NCBI RefSeq assembly: GCF_963921235.1
Contig: NW_026948112.1
Location: 1-64,000 of the forward strand
Length of the DNA stretch: 64,000 nucleotides
Reading direction: 5' to 3'
From: Mobula hypostoma
Lineage: Eukaryota
Part shown: positions 37,825 through 48,795 of the stretch, in pieces
Layout of the letters: every line of letters starts with the position of its first letter
Position numbering within the stretch: the first letter of the stretch is position 1
Notes under the pieces: generated by a model
The model's input: the letters and a program-made list of their open reading frames with translations, nothing else
Database searches by the model: none
Told to the model about the DNA's origin: nothing
Program-made: the position numbers and the translations under genes

Positions 37825-38773
37825 GGATGAGGGTGAGGAATAGAATACGGTTTATAGTGAGGGGAGAGAGAAGGTGAGGGTGAGTGTGGGGGGGATGGGG
37901 AAGTGATTGTGAGCGAGAAGCTGAGCGTAATTGTGAGCAGGAGTTTGAGGGTGGGGTTGAAGGTGAGGTTTAGAGTTAGGGGAAAGAGAGGGAGAGGACG
38001 ACGGGAAGTGTAAGGGTAGTGGGAGGGGGAGGGAATGGAAGAGTGAAGGTGAGGACGAGCGTGATGCGGTGGACGGTTATTTCCTTGGTGAGAGGGATAG
38101 TGGAAAAAGAGCGAGATTGAGTGTGAGAGTGGGGGAGGCGAGTGTGGCTGTGGGGTAGGGTGAGTCTGCGGGCAATGGATGGGTTGGGAGTGAAAGAGTG
38201 AAGGGCAGATTTAGAGTGCGGTAGAGCGGGATGGAGAGGTGGACATAAGTTGAAGGGTCACTGTGGAGGAGAATAGTCATAGTCATACTTTATTGATCCC
38301 GGGGGAACGAGCGGGAGTTTGAGAGTGAGTTAGCTGGAGTGGTAGAGAGGGGTGCGGGGAGGGTTAGGGAAGTATGAGGGGAAGTGGGATAATGTTGAGT
38401 TGGAGTGTGGTGTAGGGAGAGCGTGACAGTGTGGAGAGAGAGAGAGGGGGAGGAGAAAGAGCCTGAGGGATAGGGAAGAGTGTGAGAGAGAGGAGGGTGC
38501 ACAGACAAAGACAAGAGGGAACAGGAGAGAGTAGAAAAGAGAAGGTCAGAGCATTTGAGAGAGGGGATAGAGAGAGTGTCTGTCCGTAAGTTGCAGAGAG
38601 AGTAGGAGAGAAAAAGTGGGAGAGATGAGAAAGAGGAGAGAAAATTGAGTAAGAGCGGTGGAAAAAGGGAGAGATGGAGGGAAGGGAGTGGAAAATGGGG
38701 TTGAGAGGGGTCAAAAGAAGGGAGAGATGGAGGTGGAGAGAGAGGGAGAGAAAGGTGGAGAGAGTGGGGGAGG
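37825..38773. repeat. Purine-rich (G/A) low-complexity tract
   Basis: ~950 bp strongly G+A biased on plus, with few C. Confidence 0.8.
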
Positions 38774-41700
38774 AACTGACTCTAGCAGTTTCCCCACCAC
38801 CGATGTTAGGCTAACCGGTCTATAATTCCCTGGTTTCTCTCTCCCTCCTTTTTTAAAAAGTGGGGTTACATTAGCCACCCTCCAATCCTCAGGAACTAGT
38901 CCAGAATCTAAAGAGTTTTGAAAAATTATCACTAATGCATCCACTATTTCTTGGGCTACTTCCTTAAGCACTCTGGGATGCAGACCATCTGGCCCTGGGG
39001 ATTTATCTGCCTTTAATCCCTTCAATTTACCTAACACCACTTCCCTACTAACATATATTTCCCTCAGTTCCTCCATCTCACTGGACCCTCTGTCCCCTAC
39101 TATTTCCGGAAGATTATTTAGGTCCTCTTTAGTGAAGACAGAACCAAAGTAATTATTCAATTGGTCTGCCATGTCCTTGCTCCCCATAATCAATTCACCT
39201 GTTTCTGTCTGTAGGGGACCTACATTTGTCTTAACCAATCTGTTTCTTTTCACATATCTATAAAAGCTTTTACAGTCAGTTTTTATGTTCCCTGCCAGTT
39301 TTCTCTCATAATCTTTTTTTCCCTTTCTAATTAAGCCCTTTGTCCTCCTCTGCTGAACTCTGAATTTCTCCCAGTCCTCAGGTGAGCCACTTTTTCTGGC
39401 TAATTTGTATGCTTTTTTGGAATTGATACTATCCCTAATTTCCCTTGTCAGCCACGGGTGCACTACCTTCCTTGATTTATTCTTTTGCCAAACTGGGATG
39501 AATAATTGTCGTAGTTCATCCATGCAATCTTTAAATGCTTGCCATTGCATATCCACCGTCAACCCTTTAAGTGTCATTTGCCAGTCTATCTTAGCTAATT
39601 CACATCTCATACCTTCAAATTACCCTTCTTTAAGTTCAGAACCTTTGTTTCTGAATTAACTATGTCACTTTCCATCTTAATGAAGAATTCCACCATATTA
39701 TGGTTACTGTTACCCAAGGGGTCTCTCACGACAAGATTGCTAATTAACCCTTCCTCATTGCTCAATACCCAATCTAGAATAGCCTGCTCTCTAGTTGGTT
39801 CCTCAACATGTTGGTTTAAAAAACCATCCTGCATGCATTCCAAGAAATCCTCTTCCTCAGCACCCTTACCAATTTGGTTCACCCAATCTACATGTAGATT
39901 GAAGTCACCCATTTTAACTGCTGTTCCTTTATTGCACACATTTCTAATTTCCTGTTTAATACCATCCCTAACCTCACTACTACTGTTAGGTGGCCTGTAC
40001 ACAACTCCCACCAGCATTTTCTGCCCCTTAGTGTTATGCAGCTCTACCCATATGGATTCCACATCCTCCCGGATTATGTCCTTCCTTTCTATTGCGTTAA
40101 TCTCTCTCTAACCAGCAACGCCACCCCACCTCCTTTTCTTTCATGTCTATCCCTCCTGAATATTGAATATCCCTGAATGTTGAGCTCCCATCCTTGGTCA
40201 CCCTGGAGCCATGTCTCTGTGATCCCAACTATATCATATTCATTAATAACAATCTGCTCTTTTAATTCTTCCACCTTGTTACGAATGCTCCTTGCATTGA
40301 CACACAAAGCCTTCAGGCGCGCTTTTACAACTCTCTTAGCCCTTATACAATTATGTTGAAAAGTGGCCCTTTTTGATGCTTGCCCTGGATTTGTCGGCCA
40401 GCCACTTTTACTTTTCACCTTACTACTTTTTGCTTCTACCCTCATTTTACACCCCTCTGTCTCTCTGCGCTGGTTCCCATCCCCCTGTTGTGAACTAACC
40501 TCCTCTCGCCTAGCCTCTTTAATTTGATTCCCACCCCGCAACCATTCTAGTTTAAAGTCACCTCAGTAGCCTTCGCTAATCTCCCTGCCAGGATATTGGT
40601 CCCCACAGGATTCAAGTGTAACCCGTCCTTTTTGTACAGGTCACGCCTGCGCCAAAAGAGATCCCAATGATCCAAAAACTTGAATTCCTGCCCCCTGCTC
40701 CAATCCCTCAACCACGCATTTATCCTCCACCTCATTGCATTCCTACTTTCACTGTCGCGTGACACAGGCAGTAATCCCGAGATTACTACCTTTGCGGCCC
40801 TTTTTCTCAACTCCCTTCCTAGCTCCCTATATTCTCCTTTCAGGACCTCTTCCCTTTTCCTACCTATGTCATTGTTACCTATATGTACCACGACCTCTGG
40901 CTCCTCACCCTCCCACTTCAGGATATCTTGGACACGATCAGAAATATCCCGGACCCTGGCACCAGGGAGGCAAACTACCATCCGGGTCTCTGGACTACGT
41001 TCACAGAATCGCCTATCTGACCCCCTTACTATCGAGTCCCCTATCACAACTGCCCTCCTCTTCCTTTCCCTACCCTTCTGAGCTACAGGGCCGGACTCTG
41101 TGCCGGAGGCACGGTCACTGTCTCTTCCCCCAGGTAAGCTGTCCCCCCCAACAGTACTCAAACAGGAGTACCTATTGTCAAGGGGCACAGCCACCAGGGT
41201 ACTCTCTATTACCTGACTCTTCCCCTTCCCCCTCCTAACCGTGACCCACTGGTCTGCCTCCCGTGGCCCCGGTGTGACCACCTGCCTGTAACTGCTCTCT
41301 ATCAACTCCTCACTCTGCCTGACCAGACGAAGGTCATCGAGCTGCAGCTCCAGTTCCTTAATGCGGTCCCTTAGGAGCTGCATCTCGGCGCACCTGGTGC
41401 AGATGTGGACGTCCGGGAGGCATGGAGACTCCAGGGCCTCCCACATCCGGCACTGAGAACAACAAACTGCCCTCACACTCATACTGCCCCTCTCCTCAAA
41501 TAACAACAAAAAAAAATGAATACCAAACCTTCCTCGCCTCGCCCGTTTCCGCCTAAGCCCGGTGAGCCGAAGCCCTTAAGCCTTCACTCTGCTCCCGGCT
41601 CACTCCGCCGCCCGCAAACTACGCTGCCCGCTGTATGAGGGTCTGTTCCTTTTAAATCTTCTGCACTTCACTGCCCGACATCACACGCCTGTGCAGTTCC

Positions 41701-41790
41701 GCCTCTCTGAACGCCGATGGGAAAAAAACCCGAAAAACTCAAAAATGTCTTCCTCCGCACTCCTGCTCCGATTCTCAGACTTCCTTCTTG
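38774..41790 (-). mobile_element. CR1 family-A 5' portion (5' UTR, intact ORF1, EN and start of RT), abruptly 3'-truncated
   Basis: ORFs 40547-41509, 40089-40541, 39607-40062 and 38711-39610; CR1 homology stops at ...VVGKLLESV. Confidence 0.94.
40547..41482 (-). CDS. CR1 ORF1p (zinc finger, coiled coil, SGNH esterase), intact frame from MSVRAVCC
   Basis: Open frame homologous to 6417-7346, with GDS, GxND and DGLH blocks. Confidence 0.85.
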   Translation of the reverse strand: MSVRAVCCSQCRMWEALESPCLPDVHICTRCAEMQLLRDRIKELELQLDDLRLVRQSEELIESSYRQVVTPGPREADQWVTVRRGKGKSQVIESTLVAVPLDNRYSCLSTVGGDSLPGGRDSDRASGTESGPVAQKGRERKRRAVVIGDSIVRGSDRRFCERSPETRMVVCLPGARVRDISDRVQDILKWEGEEPEVVVHIGNNDIGRKREEVLKGEYRELGRELRKRAAKVVISGLLPVSRDSESRNAMRWRINAWLRDWSRGQEFKFLDHWDLFWRRRDLYKKDGLHLNPVGTNILAGRLAKATEVTLN

Positions 41791-41794
41791 GGAG

Positions 41795-42530
41795 CTACAT
41801 TCCTACATGGGAGGCTTATCCAGAAGATTAAAATGCATGGGATCAGTGGTGAATTGGCCGCTTGGATTAAGAACTGACTTGCCCATTGGAGACAGAGGGT
41901 GGTGGTTGAAAGGACCTATTCTACCTGGAAGTCTATGATTAGTGGTGTTATGCAGGGATCAGTACTGTCACCTCTGCAGTTTGTGATGTATATAACCGAC
42001 CTGGCTGAAAGCCTACATGGGTGTGGTTAGCAGTATATCTGGAAATGAATACAAAGGGACGTACTGTAAATCAACTGGGGCAAACTTGGGTTGTTTTCTG
42101 TGGAGCGGTGGAAACTAAGTAAAAATCTGATAGTTTATAAGATTATGAGAGGTACCGACAGAGTTGACAGACAGAATCTCTTTTGAGGGTTTGAAATGTC
42201 TAAAACCAGAGGGCATGCATTCATTGTGAGAGGGGGTAAGTTCAAAGGAGAAAGGCAGCCTCTGTGTGAAAGGCAAGTTCTTTTACACAGATTTGTTACT
42301 GCCTGGAATGAGCACCTGGGCTGGTGGTAGAGACAGGTACATTAAAGACTTTTAAGACACTCTCAAATAGGTACATGAATGTGAGGAAAATGGAAGGATA
42401 TAGATATTTTCAGTGCATAATGCATTCATATAGATGACCATTGGATTACGAATTTACTTAACCACTTCCTTTCAGCTATGATCATTGTGGGCCGAGGGGC
42501 CTGTTCCTGTGCTGTGCTAATCTAACTTCT
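41795..42530 (+). mobile_element. Degenerate, internally deleted CR1 3' relic
   Basis: agtggtgttatgcagggatcagtactg (SGV.QGSVL) and 3' UTR tgtgggccgaggggcctgttcctgtgctgt. Confidence 0.7.
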
Positions 42531-42544
42531 GTGTCTGTGTTACA

Positions 42545-43462
42545 GAGAAACATAGAAAGCCTCCAGCACAATACAGGCCCACCAGCCCACAAAGCTCTGC
42601 CGCACATTACTTACCTTAGAATTTATCTAGGTTTACCCATAGCCCTCTATTTTTCAAAGCTCCATGTACCCATCCAGAAGTCCCTTAAAGGACCCTATCG
42701 TATCCACCTCCACCACCGCATTCCACGCATTCAGCACTCTCTAAATAAAAAAAAGACCCCTGGCATCTCCTCCGTACCTTAAACTTGTTCCCTGTCGTGT
42801 TAGACATTTCAACCCTGGGGGAAAAAAAACTCTGAATATCCACACGATCAATGTCTCTCATCATCAAATACACCTCCATCAGGTCACTTCTCATTCTCCG
42901 TCACTCCAAGGAGAAAAGGCCAAGTTCACTCAACCTATTCTCATACGGCATGCCCGTCAAACCAGGTAACCAGGTAACATCCTTGTAAATCTCCTCAGCA
43001 CCCTTTCTATGGTTTCCACATCCTTCCTGTAGTGAGGCAACCAGAACTGAGCACAAAACTCCAAGTGAAGTCTAAACAGTGTCCTATATAGCTGCAACAT
43101 TACCTGTCGTCTCCTAAACTGAGTACCATGATTGATGAAGGCGAATGCACCGTATGCCTTCTTAACCACAGAGTCAATCTGCGCAGCAACTTTGAGTGTC
43201 CTGTGGACTCGGACCCCCAGATCCCTCTGATCCTCCACACTGCCAAGAGTCTTATCATTAATACTATATTCTGCCATCATATTTGACACAACAAAATGAA
43301 CCACTTCACACTTATCTGTGTTGAACTCTATCTGCCACTTCTCAGCCCAGTTATGCATCCTATCAATGTCCCGCTGTAACCTCTGACAGCCCTCCACACT
43401 ATACACAACACCACCAACCTTTGTGTCATCAGCAAACTTACGAACCCATCCCTCCACTTCCA
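42545..43462 (-). mobile_element. CR1 3' fragment
   Basis: ORF 42957-43463 (FADD...RFTRMLPG); tail agaaacatagaaa on plus. Confidence 0.88.
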
Positions 43463-44472
43463 CTTTCTGGATTATTGGGACCTCTTCTGGCGCAGGGAAG
43501 GTTTGCTAAGGCTATTGGGAAATGCTTAAGCTAGAATTGCTGAAGGTGGGAACCGAACTGAAGTGACGGAGGAAAGGGAGGTTGGCTCACAAATAGAGAA
43601 AGCTTGGAGACAGTGCGAAAGGGAGGATAGGCAGGTAATAGAGAAGGGACACGTACAGACCGATGGCTTGAGATGTGTCTATTTCAATGCGAGGAGTATT
43701 ATGAGAAAAGCGGATGAGCTTACAGCGTGGATCAGCACTTGGAGTTATGATGTTGTGGCCATTGCAGAGACTTGGATGGTGCAGGGGCGGGAATGGCTAC
43801 TTCAAGTGCCAGGCTTTAGATCATTCAGGAAGGATAGGGAGGTCTGGCAAAAGAGGTGGGTGCGTGGCACTGTTCATCAGAGATAGCGCCACAGCTACGG
43901 AAAAGGATAAAGTCATGGAGTGGTCGTCTACGGAGTCTGTGGGTGGAAGTTAGGAATAGGAAGGGGTCAATAACTCTACTGCGTGTATTTATAGACCGCA
44001 CAGTAGAAACAGGGACATCAAGGAGCAGATTGGAAGACAGGCACTGGAACGGAGTAATAATAACAGGGATTTTTTAATTCCCCAAATACTGGCTGGCTTC
44101 TCCCTAGAGTCGAAGCAAGCAGCTGAGAAGGGAGTGAAGAAATCCGGTAGAAAAATTCGTTTTCTTTTTAAACACTGCTCGGAAAGAAGGGTCTGCACTG
44201 CGCAGGCGCTTGACGTAGAGCGCCAAGGTTTAAAAAGAGAATATTTTCAACAGTTCTTGTTTCAGTCGAAGCAAGCAGCTGAGAAGGGAATGAAGAAATC
44301 GCGGAGAAAAAGTCGTTTTTTTTTTAAACACTGCTCGGGGAGAAGGGTCTGTACTGTGCAGGCGCGTGACGTAGCGCGACCAAGGTTTGAAAACAGACCG
44401 TCATATACAGCAACATACATCAAAGTTGCTGGTGAACGCAGCAGGCCAAGCAGCATCTATAGGAAGAGGTGC

Positions 44473-44508
44473 AGTCGACGTTTCAGGCCGAGACCCTTCG
44501 TCAGGACT
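44473..44508 (-). ncRNA. Minimal type-I hammerhead ribozyme
   Basis: Exact reverse complement of 45006-45041. Confidence 0.8.
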
Positions 44509-45005
44509 AACTGAAGGAAGAGTGAGTAAGGGATTTGAAAGCTGAAGGGGGAGGGGGAGATGCAAAATGATAGGAGAAGACAGGAGGGGGAGGGATGGAG
44601 CCGAGAGCTGGACAGGTGATAGGCAAAAGGGGATACGAGAGGATCATGGGACAGGAGGTCCGGGAAGAAAGACAAGGGGGGGGGGGAGACCCAGAGGATG
44701 GGCAAGAGGTATATTCAGAGGGACAGAGGGAGAAAAAGGAAAGTGAGAGAAAGAATGTGTGCATAAAAATGAGTAACAGATGGGGTACGAGGGGGAGGTG
44801 GGGCCTTAGCGGAAGTTAGAGAAGTCGATGTTCATGCCTTGTCTTTCTTCCCGGACCTCCTGTCCCATGATCCTCTCGTATCCCCTTTTGCCTATCACCT
44901 GTCCAGCTCTCGGCTCCATCCCTCCCCCTCCTGTCTTCTCCTATCATTTTGCATCTCCCCCTCCCCCTCCAGCTTTCAAATCCCTTACTCACTCTTCCTT
45001 CAGTT

Positions 45006-45041
45006 AGTCCTGACGAAGGGTCTCGGCCTGAAACGTCGACT
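45006..45041 (+). ncRNA. Minimal type-I hammerhead ribozyme (predicted cut after C45037)
   Basis: AGUC-CUGACGA-AGG(GUCUCGG)CCU-GAAA-C-GUC^GACU: complete core, 4-bp stem I, 3-bp stem II, loopless palindromic ACGU stem III. Confidence 0.8.
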
Positions 45042-47195
45042 GCACCTCTTCCTATAGATGCTGCTTGGCCTGCTGCATTCACCAGCAACTTTGATGTATG
45101 TTGCTTGAATTTCCAGCATCTGCAGAATTCCTGTTGTTTGCGTCATATACAGCGGCCATCGTCGGAGTGGACTAAGTCAGAGTGGGACAGCTTTGGCTCA
45201 ACAGACTTCGGCGAGTACAGGCAGAGGCCGGGGTAGGTTCGGTAAGTTTTTTGTTCAGATTGTTTAGAGTAGAGAGAATGCCAGGCAGGATGTTGGAATG
45301 CTCCTCTTGTAGGATGTGGGAAGTCAGGGAGCCCTCCGGTATCCCTGACAACGACACCTGCAAGAAGTGCATCCAGCTGCAGCTCCTAACAAACCGCGTT
45401 AGGGAACTGGAACAGGAGCTGGATGACCTGCGGATCATTCTGGAGAATGAGGAGATTATAGATAGTAGCTACAGGGAGGTAGTTCCGCCAAAGGAGCAGA
45501 GGACAGGAAATTGGGTCATTGTCAGGCGAGGGAAGAGGAAAGGGCAGGCAGAGCAGGGTTCCCCTGTGCCAATTCCCCTCAACAACAAGTATACCGCATT
45601 GGATACTGTTGCGGGGGATGACTTACCTGGGACAAGCTGCAGTAGCCGGATCTCTGGCACTGAGTCTGGCTCTGCAGTGCAGAAGGGAGGGTGGAAAAAG
45701 AGGAGAGCGGTAGTGATAGGGAACTCGATAGTTAGAGATACAGATAGGAGGTTCTATGGTCGTGACAGAGAATCCAGGATGGTTTGTTGCCTCCCGGGTG
45801 CCAGGGTCAAGGATGTCTCTGATCGCTTGCATGACATTCTGAAGTGGGAGGGTGATTAGCCAGATGTCGTGGTGCACATCGGTACCAATGACATAGCAAG
45901 GAAGAGTGAGGCAATGACATAGCAAGGAAGAGTGAGGAGGTCCTGGAGAGTGAGTATGGAGAGCTTAGTAGGAAGTTGAAAAGCAGGACCTCAAGGGTGG
46001 TAATCTCAGGACTGCTACCTGTGCTACATGCCAGTGAGGATAGGAATAGGATGCTCTGGAGGATGGACAAGTGGCTGAGGAACTGGTGTAGGGGGCAGGG
46101 TTTCAGATTTCAGGATCATTGGGACCTCTTCTGGGGCAGGTAGGACCTGTACAAGAGAGACGGGTTACACTTGAACTACAGGGGGACCAATATCCTTTCA
46201 GAGAGGTTTGTTAGTGCTATTGGGGAGGCTTTAAACTAGATTTGCAGGGTGATGGGAACCAGAATGCCAGAGCTGACAGTGGGGCTGGGTTGAAAATAAA
46301 TGATGTTAAAAGTTCAAGCAAATCCGCTGATAGAAAGGTTGTGAGTGGTGGTAAAAATCTTCTGAGGTGCATATACTTCAATGCTAGGAGTATTGCGGGG
46401 AAGGCAGATGAGTTGAGGGCGTGGATTGACACGTGGAATTATGACATTGTAGCAATTAGTGAAACATGGCTACAGGAGGGGCAGGACTGGCAGCTTAATA
46501 TTCCAAGGTTCCGATGTTTCAGATGTGATCGAGGCAGAGGAATGAGTGGCATTGCTTGTTAGGGAAAATATTACAGCAGTGCTCATGCAGGACAGATTAG
46601 AGGGCTTGTCTACTGGGTCCTTATGGGTGGAGCTGAGAAACAGGAAAGGTATGGCCACATTAGTGGGATTGTATTACAGACCACCCAATAGTCAACGAGA
46701 ATTGGAAGAGCAAATCTGCAGAGAGGTAGCTGGCAACTGCAGGAAACATAAAGTTGTGGTGGGAGGGGATTTTAATTTTCCATATATTGATTGGGACTCC
46801 CATACTGTTAGGGGTCTAGATGGATTAGAGTTTGTAAAATGTGTTCAGGAAAATTTTCTAAATCAATATATAGAGGGACCAACTGGAGGGGATGCACTAT
46901 TGGATCTCCTGTTAGGAAACGAGTTAGGACAAGTGACGGAAGTCTGCGTAGGGGAGCACTTTCGTTCCAGTGATCATAACACCATTAGTTTCAACTTGAT
47001 CATGGACAAGGATAGATCTGGCCCTAGTGTTGAGGTTCTGAACTGGAAGAAGGCCAAATTTGAAGAAATGAGAAAGGATCTAAAAAGCGTGGATTGGGAC
47101 AGGTTGTTCTCTGGTAAAGGTGTGATCGGTAGGTGGGAAGCCTTCAAAGGAGAAATTTTGAGAGAGCACAGTTTGTATGTTCCTGTCAGGATTAA

Positions 47196-48795
47196 CATAG
47201 AAATATAGAAAATAGGTGCAGGAGTAGGCCATTCGGCCCTTCGAGCCTGCACCGCCATTTATTATGATCCTGGCTGATCATCCAACTCAGAACCCTGCAC
47301 CAGCCTTCCCTCCATACCCCCTGATCCCCATAGCCACAAGGGCCATATCTAACTCCCTCTTAAATATAGCCAATGAACCGGTCTCAACTGTTTCCTGTGG
47401 CAGAGAATTCCACAGATTCACCACTCTCTGTGTGAAGAAGTTTTTCCTAATCTCGGTCCTAAAAGGCTTCCCCTTTATCCTCAAACTCTGACCCCTCATT
47501 CTGGACTTCCCCAACATCGGTAACAATCTTCCTGCATCTAGCCTGTCCAATCCCTTTAGGATTTTATACGTTTCAATCAGATCCCCCCTCAATCTTCTAA
47601 ATTCCAATGAGTACAAGCCTAGTTCATCCAGTCTTTCTTCATATGAAAGTCCTGCCATCCCAGGAATCAATCTGGTGAACCTTCTTTGTACCCCCAATTC
47701 CGTTTGTTTTAAGTTTGCACACTAATCTCCTGTGTGGGACCTTGTCAAAAGCCTTTTGAAAATCCAAATATACCACATCCACTTGTTCTCCCCTATCCAC
47801 TCTACTAGTTACATCCTCAAAAAATTCTATGAGATTCGTCAGACATGATTTTCCTTTCACAAATCCATGCTGACTTTGTCCAATGATTTCACCGCTTTCC
47901 AAATGTGCTGTTATCACATCTTTGATAACTGACTCCAGCAGTTTCCCCACCACCGACGTTAGGCTAACCGGTCTATAATTCCCCGGTTTCTCTCTCCCTC
48001 CTTTTTTAAAAAGTGAGGTTACATTAGCCACCCTCCAATCCTCAGGAACTAGTCCAGAATCTAACGAGTTTTTAAAAATTATCACTAATGCGTCCACTAT
48101 TTCTTGGGCTACTTCCTTAAGCACTCTGGGATGCAGACCATCTGGCCCTGGGGATTTATCTGCCTTTAATCCCTTCAATTTACCTAACACCACTTCCCTA
48201 CTAACATGTATTTCGCTCAGTTCCTCCATCTCACTGGACCCTCTGTCCCCTACTATTTCTGGAAGATTATTTATGTCCTCCTTAGTGAAGACAGAACCAA
48301 AGTAATTATTCAATTGGTCTGCCATGTCCTTGCTCCCCATAATCAATTCACCTGTTTCTGTCTGTAGGGGACCTACGTTTGTCTTTACCAGTCTTTTCCT
48401 TTTTACATATCTATAAAAGCTTTTACAGTCAGTTTTTATGTTCCCTGCCAGTTTTCTCTCATAATCTTTTTTTCCCTTCCTAATTAAGCCCTTTGTCCTC
48501 CTCTGCTGACCTCTGAATTTCTCCCAGTCCTCAGGTGAGCCACTTTCTCTGGCTAATTTGTATGCTTCTTCTTTGGAATTGATACTATCCCTAATTTCTC
48601 TTCTCAGCCACGGGTGCACTACCTTCCTTGATTTATTCTTTTGCCAAAATGGGATGAACAATTGTTGTAGTTCATCCATGCAATCTTTAAATGCTTGCCA
48701 TTGCATATCCACCGTCAATCCTTTAAGTGTCATTTGCCAGCCTATCTTAGCTAATTCACGTCTCATACCTTCAAAGTTACCCCTCTTTAAGTTCA
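47196..48795 (-). mobile_element. 5'-truncated CR1 family A nested in CR1-D, with a ~620-bp internal deletion near 47690
   Basis: ORFs 47287-47697 and 47639-48820; host codons VPVRI|KGKVN resume across it. Confidence 0.93.

Larger units (their letters stand above)
44412..45140. mobile_element. Penelope-like element remnant with inverted pseudo-LTR arms and a ~13-bp TSD
   Basis: Arms 44410-44677 and 44837-45104 are near-perfect reverse complements. CGTCATATACAGC occurs at 44399-44411 and 45141-45153. Hammerhead motif in each arm. Confidence 0.82.

Noticed and set aside
38077..38714. Ser/Leu/Pro-rich ORFs on the minus strand
   Set aside because: Translations of the low-complexity pyrimidine strand.
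45886..45937. Short direct repeats (26 bp x2 here; 8 bp x3 at ~25460; 21 bp x2 at 37341) as CRISPR-like arrays
   Set aside because: Head-to-tail slippage duplications without spacers inside LINE coding sequence in a eukaryote.
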